Shown: positions 21,612 to 36,008, counted from the stretch's first letter. The stretch is 64,000 nucleotides of DNA from Paraspadella gotoi (GCA_051294375.1 CM119270.1:6315912-6379911), one strand, 5' to 3'. The notes: generated by a model not told the origin, from the sequence alone. Program-made: numbers and translations.

Positions 21612-22386
21612 CGAAGGCGGCGCGCCGTCGGAAAATGGAAAGTCGGCCGAAGGAGGGTGGTGGGCCGTGGGGAGGAGGAGGGATCGGCGGAAACCCGCGG
21701 ACGCCAGTTTGGAGGTTTAGGTGGTTTAATGGTGGAAAGGGTGGATAATCCAGGTGGGCGAAGGTGGCGGTAATCCTAGAGTATCGAGTTGTCGCAGATA
21801 ATAACAGGAAGGTCGAGAGAAATTTTTTAAAGTTTTTACTGGATGATGAATCGATTCAAGAAAGTCGAAGGAGTTTTGAAGAAACGAATTTTCCGGTAAG
21901 GTAGAAAAGTAAAGCGATTCTGTAAAGAAAAGATAAAAGTTAATTATTTCATGTGAGAGGAAAGAATTTACAGCAAGAAATCGGAAGAGAGAAATAGAAA
22001 ACAGGTGTGCACAAGATTCGTTAAGGTGCTCTCCGTTAGAGAAAAGAATGATAGAAGAAAAAACATTCCTGGTTTTTTTTTTAGTTTTTTTTTTCTTCTC
22101 CCTTTTCGCTGTAGTTGCTGAGTGCAGAGGCGAAAGCGAGAGCGAGAGCAAAGAAAGGAAGAAAGAGAGCGGGAGAAACTGAAAGAAAGAGAGAAGGAAG
22201 GGACTGGCAAATAAGGAGGTTTTCTCTCTTCCATTGGCCGGGAGAGAGAGAGAGCGAAAGAAAGAATCCCTAATACAAAAGGAAAAGGAAGAAAAGGAAG
22301 AAAAAGGAAGAGGAATGGATGAATGAAGCAAGTAGGAGGGAAGGAAGCCCGAATGTGAAAAGAAGCGAGCGAGAGAGAGAAAAAAC

Positions 22387-22419
<33 letters not shown>

Positions 22420-22899
22420 GTTGATATCGCTTCGCTCAACGAAACCTAGAAAAATCATGGAAATTAACTCATAAAAAATATATTTAGGATAGAGTTAGAG
22501 AAGGTTTATTAGGAAAAAAAATTCAATGTATTTTAAACATAAAAAAAATTATTTCGTTTTAAATTTTTGTCAGTGTAACAAACAGCACTGTAAGAAAAGG
22601 ACAAGTTAAGGTGAAGCCAGATATACAATAGGAGATACAGAAAAAAAAATCAAGCTAAATGAAAATGCAGTGAGGAGAAAGAACAGAAAAAACAACTCAA
22701 ACATTCTAGGGAGGATCGAGAGAGAAAAATTGAAAGGAGAGGAAGAAGAAGACCCAGGGCAAATCTTTAGAAAAGGGGCAGAGCAATTTGAAGGGAAGAG
22801 GAAGATCGAAAGAAAGAGAGTTCGAGGGAGCTAGAGAGAGCGAAAGAGAGAAATGGGGAAAAGAAAAAAAAAGAAGGAAGTTCAGCGAGAAAGCGAGAG

Positions 22900-22990
<91 letters not shown>

Positions 22991-23558
22991 CGAAGGCCAG
23001 GATCGAGCCTCGGCGGAAAGAAGGGAGAACGAGAGAGAGAGGTAGAGTGCATGTGTGTGACCAGGAAAAAGGGGAGGCGAAGCTAGAGGCAGAAAGGAGT
23101 TTGAAAATTGTTGAATCGAAAGAAGAGATAGAGAGAAAGAGAGCGAGAGCAGTAGAGATAGGAGAAAAGTTTAATCTTAGAATAAATACAGATGAATACA
23201 AAAGACTGGATGACTTGAGAATTCAAGAAGAATAAAAGAAATGTGAGATAAAAAGAAGCGAATTTTAGGTATTTTGTCAGGTATTGAGGTAAATCTTACG
23301 ATTTTCTTTGGATGTTTTCTCAATAAAATATGTCGCCTTTCGTTTTAGTGCAATTTAGGAAGTAAGAAAATTCATTGAAATATGTCCGAATCTTTTGGTA
23401 TATTTTAAAAACTAAGATTTCCCGGTTAAAATAAAAAGAAATGAAAAATTTCGGTGCGAAAAAGAGATTTCGAGAGAGAAAGAGAGAGAGAGAGAAAAGG
23501 GAAGGATTGTGTTTGTTAAGATCGCAGAAAGAAAACGAGAGAGAGAGAGAGAGAGAGA

Positions 23559-23646
23559 CTTTTCGTCGCTTTTTGTCCCGCCATCTCTGTTTCTTCGATC
23601 TTTTTCTCTTCTCAGGGAAGGAGGGAATCTGAACTTTTTCCTTTCA

Positions 23647-23706
<60 letters not shown>

Positions 23707-23895
23707 CTCTCTCCATCCTCCTCTTCTCTTCCCTCTTATCTTTCTGCCCAAAATCCGCTTTCTCTCTCCTAATAAACTTCCATCCGTCTTCCCTCTCTCC
23801 TCTTTCGATCCTAAAACTTCCTCCTTTTAACCTCCCGTCGATCGCTGAAATTCTTTAAACGTGCTTCTTGCCTCTCTCTCTCTCTCTCTTCTCCT

Positions 23896-23931
<36 letters not shown>

Positions 23932-24956
23932 TTTTCTGTTTTTTATGTCTCCTATTCTGGTCCCTATCTCTGTGCAAAGATAAATTCCAATTCGTTTTCT
24001 TTTTCAGTGTATAATTTGTTTATATTTATATTGGTTCTGTACCAATTTCATTAAAATTCAGCTCTTTTGTATTTTGTTGATTGCTAGTGCGTGAAGTAAC
24101 AATATTAGTATTTCCCCGATCTAATACACTTAAGGGAGTGGTTCTTTTTTTCATACAAATGAAACATTCTTTTTGAAATTTATACCATTCCATTGATAGG
24201 GAAGCCAGGTGTTCAACTGGGAACAGTGAAAATAAATAAGACTGTGAGAGATGTCTTGATTGACATTGAGCTTTGCAGAAAACCTGCTTATGTTATTTAT
24301 ACTTGTAAGGATGGAGCCTTAAACCACCCCAAAGCACTGTCCAAAAAGTCCCAGGACAAGATAGCTTATTTATTTAAATGAATGGATGATTAATTTTATT
24401 ATTGGTTCTTTTGTACCATATTTCATAAAATTCAATGCTCTATTGTATTTTGTATTAGTGCGGGAACGGTACAATATAGTATTTCCCCCGATCTAACTTA
24501 GAGAGTGGTCTTTCAATACAAATCTGAAACATTTTCTTTGAAATATTATACACCCACTTCATTTGATGATAGGGAAAGGCCAGTCAACTGGAGTGATAAA
24601 TAAGACTGTTTGAGAGAGTCTTTGAATTTTTGAAAGCTTGCAGAAACCTCTATGTTATTATATCTGTAAGTTGTGAGGAGCCTTAAACCACCAAACCGTC
24701 CAAAGTCAGGACAAGATAAGCTCTTATATTAATAATGATAATTTTTTATATTGTAGTTGTACCAATTTTTTCATTTTCTAATGGTTGAATATTCTTTGAT
24801 ACTTTAATGTAAAATTATTTTACCTGCTCTAAAACAATGATGTCGAAAAATAAAGCTTTTTTTTCTTTCGAAAACTATTAGTTTAGCGATGAACTTTTAA
24901 AATTAATCTTAATATTAATACTATAACTGCTAATTTAGCTAATAAAAAGTGAAGAG

Positions 24957-24987
<31 letters not shown>

Positions 24988-25139
24988 CTAGGAGGAGAAA
25001 GGAGGAGGCGGTGGTAAACCGAGGGCAGAAGAGGAAGAAGAGGATCGAAGGGACGAAGGAGTTTGTTGGTATGAAGAGGAGGAGGAGGAGGAAGAGGAGG
25101 AAACCAGAGTTGGGAAGTATAACTTAACATTAAGGTTGG

Positions 25140-25186
<47 letters not shown>

Positions 25187-25686
25187 AAGAAAGGAGATCG
25201 AAAGCGAGAAAACTAAATGATCTTTAAAAAACTTTCTTCCCTTTCTTCGTATTTCCTTTGTACAAACACGCAAGCGGATTTTTTAGAGGACAGAAAAAGA
25301 AAGAGATGAAATTTAAGTGAAAAAAAATAGAACATGCAGGGTGGTATAAAAAAACAGAAAGGAAAAACAATTGAAACTGCGGGTAAATATTAAATAAACA
25401 AATTGATTTAAAGAAATAATTCACGTTTTAAATTCTAGTTTTGAAAAGATTGTTTTTATTCTTTTAAAAAGTTGGGCGTCACCTATTGAAGAAAAAAAAG
25501 CATGGAAAAAAAGCATGGACAAGTAAATGATATGAAATGTATTTTCCCCTCCTAAGAAGAAACAAAAACATTCAGTTATACTATCCCAACAAGTGTTGCC
25601 TTCAATCTAAAAAAAAAAAAGAAAGCTATTTTATTAAAATGCTTTATCTTTTTCTGAAGTTAAATGTCCGTCCTCCACTCTTCTCT

Positions 25687-25717
<31 letters not shown>

Positions 25718-25863
25718 TCTCTCTCTGTGCTCTGTGTCTCTGTCTCTCTCTCATTAGTTGTCTCTTCCTTGGATTTTTTTTTCCTTTTTCATTCCCTCTC
25801 AGCCCTTCCCTTCGCTCTTCTCAGCAACCACACGGCTCGCCTTCCTTCCAACAGGCTACGAGT

Positions 25864-25917
<54 letters not shown>

Positions 25918-25952
25918 TCTCTCTCTCNNNNNNNNNNNNNNNNNNNNNNNNN

Positions 25953-25989
<37 letters not shown>

Positions 25990-26473
25990 GGACGACATTT
26001 AACTTCAGAAAAAGATAAAAGCATTTTAATAAAATAGCTTTCTTTTTTTCTTTTAGATTGAAGGCAACACTTGTTGGGATAGTATAACTGAATGTTTTTG
26101 TTTCTTCTTAGGAGGGGAAAAATACATTTCATATCATTTACTTGTCCATGCTTTTTTTCCATGCTTTTTTTTCTTCATAGGTGACGCCCAACTTTTTAAA
26201 AGAATAAAAACAATCTTTTCAAAACTAGAATTTAAAACGTGAATTATTTCTTTTAATCATTTGTTATTTTATATTACCTGCAGTTTCAATTGTTTTTCCT
26301 TTCTTTTTTTTTATACCACCCTGCATGTTCTATTTTTTTTCACTTAAATTTTATCTCTTTCTTTTTCTGTCCTCTAAAAAATCCGCTTGCGTGTTGTACA
26401 AAGGAAATACGAAGAAAGGGAAGAAAGTTTTTTAAAGATCATTTAGGTTTCTCTCCTTTCGATTCTCCTTTCT

Positions 26474-26512
<39 letters not shown>

Positions 26513-26660
26513 AGAAACCAACCTAATGTTAAGTTATACTTCCCAACTCTGTTTCCTCCTCTTCCTCCTCCTCCTCCTCTTCATCAACAAACTCCCTTCG
26601 TCCCTTCGATCCTCTTCTCCTCTTCTGCCCCTCGGTTACCACCGCCTCCCTTTCTCCTAG

Positions 26661-26691
<31 letters not shown>

Positions 26692-27170
26692 CATCTCTTA
26701 ACACTTTTTATTAAGCTAAATTAGCAATTATAGTATTAATATTAAGATTAATTTTAAAAGTTCATCGCTAAACTAATAGTTTCGAAAGAAAAAAAAGCTT
26801 TATTTTTCGACATCATTGTTTTAGAGCAGGTAAAAATAATTTTAACATTAAAGTATCAAGAATATTCAACCATTAGAAATATAAACAATATAAATACTAC
26901 TAAAAAGAAAACGAATTGAATTATCTTTGCACAGAGATAGGGACAGACATAAAAACAGAAAAAGAGCAGATGAGAGGAGATGAGCGTGAGGAGCGAAAGA
27001 GAGAGGAGAGAGAGAGAGAGGAAAGAGAGAGAGAGGGCAGAGCACGTTAAAAATTTTCAGCGATCGAGGGAGGTTAAAAGGAGAAGTTTTAGGATCGAAA
27101 GAGGAGGAGGGAGACGGCATGAAGTTATTAGGAGAGGAAGAGCGGATTTTGGGAAGAGAGATAGAGGGAA

Positions 27171-27223
<53 letters not shown>

Positions 27224-27340
27224 TGAGAGAGGAGAGAGAGAGAGAGAGAGAGACAGACTGAAAGGAGAATAAAGTCCATCCCTCCTTCCTGAGAAGAGAA
27301 AAAGATCGAGAATACAGAGATAGCGGGACAGCGACGAAAG
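23559..27340. repeat. Inverted duplication (arms about 23559-25700 and 25955-27340) around the 25-N gap at 25928-25952
   Basis: For example, attaaaatgctttatctttttctgaagttaaatgtc (about 25633) is the reverse complement of the sequence at about 25994, and cttttcgtcgc (23559) pairs with gcgacgaaag (27331). The right arm lacks about 750 bp present in the left arm. Confidence 0.9.
24031..24775. repeat. Two diverged tandem copies of a unit of about 360-370 bp (satellite-like)
   Basis: ttggttct(tt)tgtacca...ggagccttaaaccacc...caggacaagata repeated from 24031 and from about 24402, with the start of a third unit at about 24751. Confidence 0.8.
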
Positions 27341-27658
27341 GCAACTGAAAAAGAAAAATATTGATCGCGAAAAAACTTGTATAGGTATAACTTAATAGAC
27401 AAAGATGAATACGTTGAGGGTAACTATGTAGAGAGATTAATGATAATGAAATCGACGAAGAAGTAAGAGATAAAAGATGATTATTATTTTGTGACTTCGT
27501 GCCCCCCAAAATGGCCTAATTAATGTTGACCGAGTGAGTCAAAAGTCGGATACATACCAGCTTGGCGAGGGAAGGAACAATTAGAAACGGCGGAGGAATA
27601 TTAGTTTTACTTGGAACAAGGAGAAAAACATTCATGGAAAACCTGTATTAACTCGGGT

Positions 27659-27785
<127 letters not shown>

Positions 27786-30061
27786 GATGCTGTTCAAGGG
27801 GGAGATGAGAAAAAAACTTGTTTTTACTGAAGCCAACCTTTTACTGTCGAACCAAAGACCGAATAAAAACAAGTAAAACAAACAAAAAAAATAAATTTAA
27901 AAAAAAAAATTCATTAAATAATTTTTTAAGATAAAAATATCAAGATATAAAATTTTATGACATTGTGCAACTTGTTAGGTTAAACTTTTTTTTTTCAAGT
28001 TCAAAAAACTTGTTTTAGAAAAAAAAAGTGAGGCAAAACCAAAAAATGACCATAACAATTTTAAAATAAAATATTATTGAAAATTATTAATATCAAGAAA
28101 TCAGGAAGCAAAAATTAATTTCAATTTAAAACTATGAAAAAAAAACTAAAAAACTATTACTAGAATTCTACAGTTAAAGAGCACGAAAACAAAAATTTGA
28201 TAACTCTGAAAGAAATAAAAAAAGATTTAAAAAAAAACCTAGAAAATAAAAAAAATAATAAAGAGCGAATTCTCGATCTTTTCTTCTTCGAAGTTAAAAA
28301 AAAAATTCTCCCTACAATTTTTTTCGGTCTTCGGTGTAAATTTTCTCCGTACTTTTTCTCCGAATTATTTCATCTCCCCAGTTTTAAAGCTCAGTTCTTG
28401 TCCATGTTAATCTTCTAATAAATTAATTGTCAATGACTTGTGGTCATTGATTTTTTTTTAAAGTGGGTCCGTTTTACGTCGAAAAGAAAATATAAAAAAA
28501 GTTTTTTTTTTTTTTTTGCCGTTAGTGTTTTGTTGTTGTACCTTAACAAACACACTCAACAATTTCTTTTAAATGATTTGTTTCCGTTCGGGTTTTTTAA
28601 AAAAAAGTTTCTTCTCTTTTATCTATTTTTTTTTAAATATAAGAAAAAGATAGAAAAAAACTCCGTGGACGAATGACGATGCCGACAAATCGTGTGTAAA
28701 GACGACGACTGCAAGAATGACAGTGACGACGACGATGACTATCGAATAGACAGTGACTACTGTATCGACAGTGACGACGACAACTGTATCGACGACAATG
28801 ACGACGTCGCTAACGACGATAACTACGACGTCGTCGTTGAGCATAAACAAAAAGCCGTTGAAACCCGTCGAATCGTGGGGACAATGTCCCTCATCAATAG
28901 AAGGAAGGACAATGCACCATGTTGATCGGGTCAGTTTTTCTTTCGCAGAGAATTGGTCTTATCCTCCATTTTTAGATACGTATAGCAAAATAGTAAGAAA
29001 AATACAGGGGTTTTTTTTATTCTTTTTTGTTCATTTTTACATTCCTAGCTTACATTTTTTCCTCTCTTCCCTTATTCCTTATCTCATCTCTCTTCTTTCA
29101 CACCTCATCCCTCATATTTTTTTTTATTCCTTTTTATCTTCCCCTTAAACTTCCCTTCCCTTTTTTCCTTCGTCTTCGATTCTGTTTTGATGCAATTTCC
29201 AGAATTTCTATTCAACTTTTTCCTTCCTCCTTCTCCACCGTCGTCGTCGTCGTCTCTCTCCTCTCATCTTTCTCGTCTCATCTCTCTCATCTCTCTCTCT
29301 CTTCTCTCTCTCTTCCTTCTCTCTCTCTCTCTCTCTCTCATCTTCAGTCGACTCGGATCATTGAGGATTTGGCACAAAAGACTCAATAGAGTGTGAGACC
29401 GAATTCAAGCATCTCTCCCGACTCTCCATCTCCGCTCTTCTCTTCTCTCCTCCTCTCTCTCTCTTCTCTCTCCTCATTTCTCTTATTCTAGTCTAATCTA
29501 TTAATCTTTATCTTTCATATTGTCTTTTAACCTTCTTCCTCCTTTCAATTTAAAATTTATCTTGTCCCTGTATTAAAACATTCCCCTTTTTGATTTCTTC
29601 AATCGCCTTTTTTCCCCTTGTAGTCATAAATGACGAGGGTATATCGCAATTCCGTTATCAGTGACTTGACAATAGTTTAAAGTCCCCCATAAAAAATTTA
29701 AAAATTAATTAAAAATTAATTTATTATGCCTTGTTTTTCTCTTTCTTTTTTTTTCTTTACTACCTTTTACTAAAAAAAAAAAAGAGGCAAATGGCCTAGT
29801 GTAATGATAATATTCACTCATGATTTTCATTGATATATTTAATACTTTTCCAATTTGCAATGTCAGCAAATGATCCTTAATTGTTTGAATTTTATTTTTA
29901 GTGCCATTAGTGCAATTTTTCTTGCTCAATACTCATCGTTTAATCGTTTAATCTTCTTATTGTCTTAATTGTCAAATTGTCTTTTTTATTTCAGAAAAAA
30001 AAAAAAAAAAATTTTACTAAGCTCCGCTGTGTCTCACTTTATTTTCGTTTTAATATCCCCA

Positions 30062-30127
<66 letters not shown>

Positions 30128-30972
30128 CATTCTCTCTCTCTCTCTTCATCCTTCCAGTCTCCTCCATCTGCTCTACGTCTCTCTCTCGAACCCAGAATAA
30201 AATGAATTCGACTTCGATGATTCTCCGTCTCTTCGTCCCGGAAATTTTCATTCCAGGGCTTCCTCCCACGAAAGGCCGCTCTTCCCCTTACCGACCCGAT
30301 CCCCTCCTCCTTATACGCCTTCTTTCATATTTCTTATACATAATATATCTATATTTAACTTATTTTCTTTCTTTACTACTACTACTACCTATTTACACTT
30401 CTCTCTCCGCTGCAACCAGCATTCTTCTTTCTCTCCATCTTTCTCTCATCCAATCTCCGTCACTTTCCAACCCGCGTCAGGTGTTGGCGGAGTCACCACC
30501 AGCAGCAGCGGCAGCGACAACAGCAGCCTCAGAGGCAACGTCAGCCGCATTGATATCGGCACTGACCTCGGAAGTTCAGTTCGTTCGGACTTTGGACGAT
30601 GTCGTTAACAAAGGGAAATTCAACAAACAAAAAAAAAAAGAAAAACAAAGCCGACTAATCATTGACTCTTTTACTGAGCGGATGCCGATTGTCTGTTGAA
30701 GCTTTTGGTGAAAACCTAATAGGAATTAGATAGACGGATCGAGATGTGTGAAAAAATAGTGAAATACCGAGACAAATTTAAAAATAGTAAAATAGAAGGA
30801 GAAAAAACAAATAAGGATACAAATGAATTACACAGAGACGACCAACATGGTGGAAGATGATAAAGAAGGAGATAAAGAAGGAGACGAATACGAGAAAAAG
30901 AAGAAGATGATGAAGTTCTTGCCACTGACTTTAACGAAGTCGACGCGAAATGACTTCGACCTTCCCGTGATC

Positions 30973-31030
<58 letters not shown>

Positions 31031-31361
31031 GACCCTCAACGTAAACAAAGTCGGACCTTTGCATCATTAACACATATGGCGTAACTATTTCGTTCTCTTG
31101 CTCTGTCTCGTTTTACGGTTTACCTCTCTATTTGTTTGAGACTCTGTCTGACTTTCTCACGGTCTCTTTCTTTCTATCTTTCTATCTATTTACTGTCTTT
31201 TTTTATTTTGCCAGCCGATTAAATGAGAATTTCTTAATTCAAACATCTCAATCAATTTCTCTCATTTCTCATTTCTCTCATTTCTCTCTTATTTGTAGCG
31301 ATCTCGGCCAATTTCTATTTGGTTTGTATTCTTTTTTTTCGTTTTACGTATATCCTCCGCT

Positions 31362-31445
<84 letters not shown>

Positions 31446-31628
31446 GTCCTGCTACTCCATTTATCAAAGCGATTTTTGATGCAATATGTATCCAGGAATC
31501 GAGGTTATGTGTCGATGGGGGAGAAAAGAGTAGGAGGAAGAAGAGGACGGGGATGAGGCAATGATAGGGGCAGGGAAACCACACGTAAAGAACCGAATGA
31601 GAGAGAGAGAGAGAGAGAGAGAAGAGAG

Positions 31629-31672
<44 letters not shown>

Positions 31673-32191
31673 CCCTTAATGATAAAGTCACTTAGTCATC
31701 TCGCTCGGACCCGGTGACACTATCTGTCTTCTCTCTAACCCCCCCGAGCCTTCATTGCCCTTCCACTACCCCACCCTGTCCCCCGACACCCCCACACCTC
31801 TTCCCCTCCAAAATGTCTCCAGAGGTGATTCCCCCCAATCCTCGTCCGCGCACCGGGGCCGCCATCGGCGTAAACAGTTCGTAACGGACGCTTTATGGCC
31901 TCGCGCGACGTGCCCGATCGGCCAGAGGGAGCAAAGGGCGCCGCACCCGCCTTTGCGGGGCAGCATCGGCGTCGTCTTCGCCGAGAGTCGACGCCGTTCG
32001 AGGGGGGTGGAGGGGGGGTAGGTGGGCGTGGCCGGAGCAGAGGTCGCTCGCGTCTCCGAATAGGCCAAAAAGTCGGTAGACTAAACGAGCGCCATTTCGC
32101 GATTTTCTGTCCGACTCGTTGATGATTTTTTTTCTTTCTATGTCCGTCACGTTTTGGCCTCCCGACAGATTCGACGATTCCATCCGCGATT

Positions 32192-32250
32192 TAGTCACGT
32201 GATCGACGAGTAAATCGACACGTGATGGTCACGCGGAGATCACGTGATCG
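32192..32250. promoter_or_regulatory. Cluster of E-boxes (3 x CACGTG plus CACGCG) in a CpG-rich island; candidate promoter for a - strand transcript
   Basis: gtcacgtgat, gacacgtgat, gtcacgcgg and atcacgtgat fall within 60 bp, with a reverse CCAAT (gattgg) at about 32268. The cluster is adjacent to GC-rich 31750-32200. Confidence 0.5.
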
Positions 32251-33414
32251 GAGATTAGGCGAAAACGGATTGGGGGGGGGGAAGTGCGAGATTAGATCGG
32301 CGAAGGAGGAGGAGGAGGAGGAGGAGGAGGAGAAATGGTGATTGAGAAAAGATACTACTGGGAACAGCTATTGCAAGGTGTCTCGCCGGATTTTATAAAA
32401 CTAAATATCTATATACATATATGAAATAATATTTTATAGTATATCATTTAACTTCCAAGTGTTAGCTTTTAGTTAAAATTATTAAATGTTAATAAAGTTT
32501 CACTGTATTAAGATTATTTATATTCTCATATTAATTTCATAAGCATAATTTTATAAGCATAATTTCATAACCATAATAATTTATTTATTTTATTTTCATT
32601 TAATAAATAAGCTATCTTGCCCCTGACTATGTTCGCCGAACATTGTTCGGTTAAGTCCTCTATCACTCTTATTAGATAATTATATAGTAGGACCCTGCAT
32701 TGCAGGGCCTGCTAGCTTTAAAGCAAAACACTTTCACAGTCTCGTTTATTCTCTCCCAGAGTACATGGCTTCCCTATACATATGTACTATTTCTCTTGCA
32801 CAAGAGAATATCAATAAGTATTTAACTAAAATTGATAAAATAGATAAACTAACCGTCAGATCATCAGACAGACCGACCAAAAACTGACATCTAGAGTTGC
32901 TGCGTGGAGTGACTGAAAAAAAAAAAGAGGTGGGAGAGGAAAATCGTTGGACGTGAGTTTGGAAGAAGAGGAGAAAGAGAAGAGAGAGTAATTTAATCGT
33001 TTGGTTGACCAACCGAATGGGCAGGAGGGGGGGGGGGCGAATCGTTATGAGATTGCGAGATTGAGAGAAAAAAAAAAAGAGGCGTTTAATGGAATCGTTA
33101 AGACTTTGGACGTCATTATGGAATGATTTGATTCGTGGGTTAACCCTCGATTGGGAGGCCTACCGCTAATCTAACATTAGTAATTATGATTGAGAAATTA
33201 AGTCATTTGATTAAGAAATTAAATGATTTAACTTCATGTAAGGCAATAACGTTTTTCGGTTATTGTTAGGAACAAAAAACGGAGCCTATACAATTTAACA
33301 TTCGAACAAAACCGAAAAAAATATATACACTATTTATTAGTGTATTATTTATTTACCTTTTTAAAATAAATAACTTTCCCCCAATTTTTTTTTCCTTCTC
33401 TTTTCCCGTGACAG

Positions 33415-33984
33415 AATCTCGACAATCCCGATAATCACCCGACGCAAATCACCAACACTCACGTCAACTCCCTCTTCCATCTCCATCACGAACAACACGA
33501 CCACCACCATCATCATCTCCATCATCACCATCACCATCACCCGCTGCACCAGCAACATCAGCACCCGCAGCAACAACCCCATCAAAATCATCCTTTGATC
33601 GGAGGCGGCGGTCCCTTCTATCAGCAGCACAGCCCGCTGACTGTGGGCGGCCCCATGAACGGCGTCGGGGGCAATCAAAGCCCCTTCTCGGGCCATCCCC
33701 ATCATCAACTCCCGCCCCTCCACGCCCCCAACGGCACGGCGGCGTCCCACACTCCGTTGGGCAGCGGCCACTCGTCCCCGCTGGGTTCGCCCCCGAAGGA
33801 GAACCTAGGGGGCGCCTCCAGCCCCACGCCCCCTAACGTCGTCGTCGTCGTCAACGGAAGGGGCGTGGGAGACGGTGGCGGGGCGGCGCCGATTTCAACG
33901 CCCCCGCATCACGTGACCACTCTCGTCAATACATCCGGTTCCACGTTTCACGGGACGGGATTGGGTGGAAATCAGGTGGGAAGC

Positions 33985-34055
<71 letters not shown>

Positions 34056-34304
34056 AATAATTTTGACCAGACGCAAATCATCAACTCTCTCTTACATCTC
34101 CATCTTCCCCTCCCTCCACCTTTCCAGATGCCCGCCCGCCCCGGTCAACCATCTCTACCACATCCGGGTCTCCCCTCCCTCCAACATCCCTCCCTCCACG
34201 GTCCACATCCCCGTCCGCTGAATCCGATTCACGTGGAGACGTCGACGACCGCCTCCGCCGTCGAGGAGATCGAAGACGACTTCAACTGGGACAGACTCTT
34301 GTGA
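33415..34304 (+). CDS. FOXJ3: FoxJ2/3-family transcription factor, last two exons (33415-33975, 34128-34304)
   Basis: Polypyrimidine tract plus ACAG acceptor at 33414, phase 0, matching the phase-0 donor at 15055. Poly-His/Pro composition like the upstream exons. Ends EEIEDDFNWDRLL-TGA, the characteristic FoxJ2/3 C-terminal (E/D)IxDDF(D/N)WD motif. AATAAA at about 34544. Confidence 0.85.
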
Positions 34305-36008
34305 ACGTGAAGTTGCGATGTGACTCAAGTCTGTGAATCGATGCGTTGTGAAAATAGAGGACTTAAAAGTAGGGTGGTTGGGTGGTTGGGTGGTTTTAGA
34401 AGCTGGATTGAATTTGTAAAACTAGTCCGAAAAAAAAAGTATATATGATTCAAAAAATTGCTTTTGAATTGAAGGATCGGGTTGTTATATTGTGCTGTCA
34501 CCCTCTCTCACTCTCTCTTTCTTTTTCTCTCTCCTACCCAATGAATAAAACTTAAGTATTCACTAGTGTGCAATGATGTCGATTAATGCGTGAAATGAAG
34601 TTCTTTTCATTCTAAATAGTATTTTTCCTTTATGCAAATAAAAAAGATCCTTTTGACTATGTTACCTTACGTCAAATCCCAAAAATTATTGAAGTGACGA
34701 AATCTCCTCGTTAAATACAAAACGTAAAAGAATTACTATATCCAGTGAGTATGCGGGATTAAAAGTCCTTTCGTCAAACTGTGATGTCGCAGCCTGATAG
34801 AAAATATACCAATTTTCCCTGTACACGCTCCAATTAGAAAACAATTTTTTTCTCTCCCAACTACAAAATCGCTTCCGTTTGAATTGTTATTGTAACATCT
34901 AAATTCTTTGGCTTTGTTTGACTTTCGTCCTAGAAAAGTTTGTTGCAAACAATCTATTGATCCATACGACCCGTCTGCCGCGCTTAATAATATTTTTATG
35001 GTAAATCATCGATTTTTTAAAAAATATTTATTCTTTTACCAAAATTTAATTATTAAAAAAATCTAATCTTATGTAGTGTTAGTATTTTTTTCCCCAGTGT
35101 CAACTCCCAAAAAAGCTTATGATCGCTTGAATATTTTCGAAATAGTTGCGTTACTGATAGCATAGAGGTTTATCCCAAGATAGATTTTTTTTTTCAAGTG
35201 TAATTCTCTACTCAATATTTTGTAAATATTTTCTCATTAAACTGTTTCTCTAAACCTTGCTCGTTCTTTTCCGTACGTATTTTCTTTTCATTTTGGTTTA
35301 TTCTTTCTTTACAGTTTGATACATAATTCTGCTCTTACCTATTTTTCATGAGCTTTGATTCCTCTTTTCCTCATGTTTACCATAACCTGGTCCTGGACGA
35401 CTTTCCGTTTCCCGTTCTCTTCTCTCCCACATTTACAAATCCTCCCTGTTGAGTTCTTTCTTTCTTCAACCGTTCTATCTTCTGACCTTCATCTATCAAA
35501 TTTTCCACTTTCTTGACTCATATTTAAGAAGACAATGTTCTCTAATTGCATTAGTATTTTAGTATTAAATTGAATGAGCATACAACTACTCTTTCGATTG
35601 GTCCTTTCTGGCCTCTAAATCGAAAAAGATAATGCCGAATCGTTATTAAAGGTGCCCTATGTTCAATAATTTCCCCTGAATCTAAGGCTTGAATCTAATT
35701 TATGTATCTAATCATTGTATAAATAAAAATAGGAAATTAATAAATCTACTCCATTTGATATTTTTCTCATCATGTTTGCAAAATATGATTTCAATAAAAC
35801 ATTTACTTATATTTTAAAAGTCGTTTTATTGTACATTAACCCTCTCAAAAAAATTGAAAATATCTTTTAATTGCATTTAAAATTTTGTAAATAAAATTAA
35901 ATAGTAGTTATTATCTTTTGGCATAATTACTGTGACATTATTTCCGTAAAAAAGAAGGAGATAGAATAGGTTTTGGTTTATTTGGACTAATTGTATAAAA
36001 ATAATGTA

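Noticed and set aside
24031-24775. CRISPR-like or other prokaryotic repeat system (also 39990-40170 and 13325-13505)
   Set aside because: No unique spacers, no cas genes, and a spliced eukaryotic context.
32688-32716. Hairpin followed by CTAG resembling a Helitron 3' end
   Set aside because: Too short, with no 5' end or other copy to support it.
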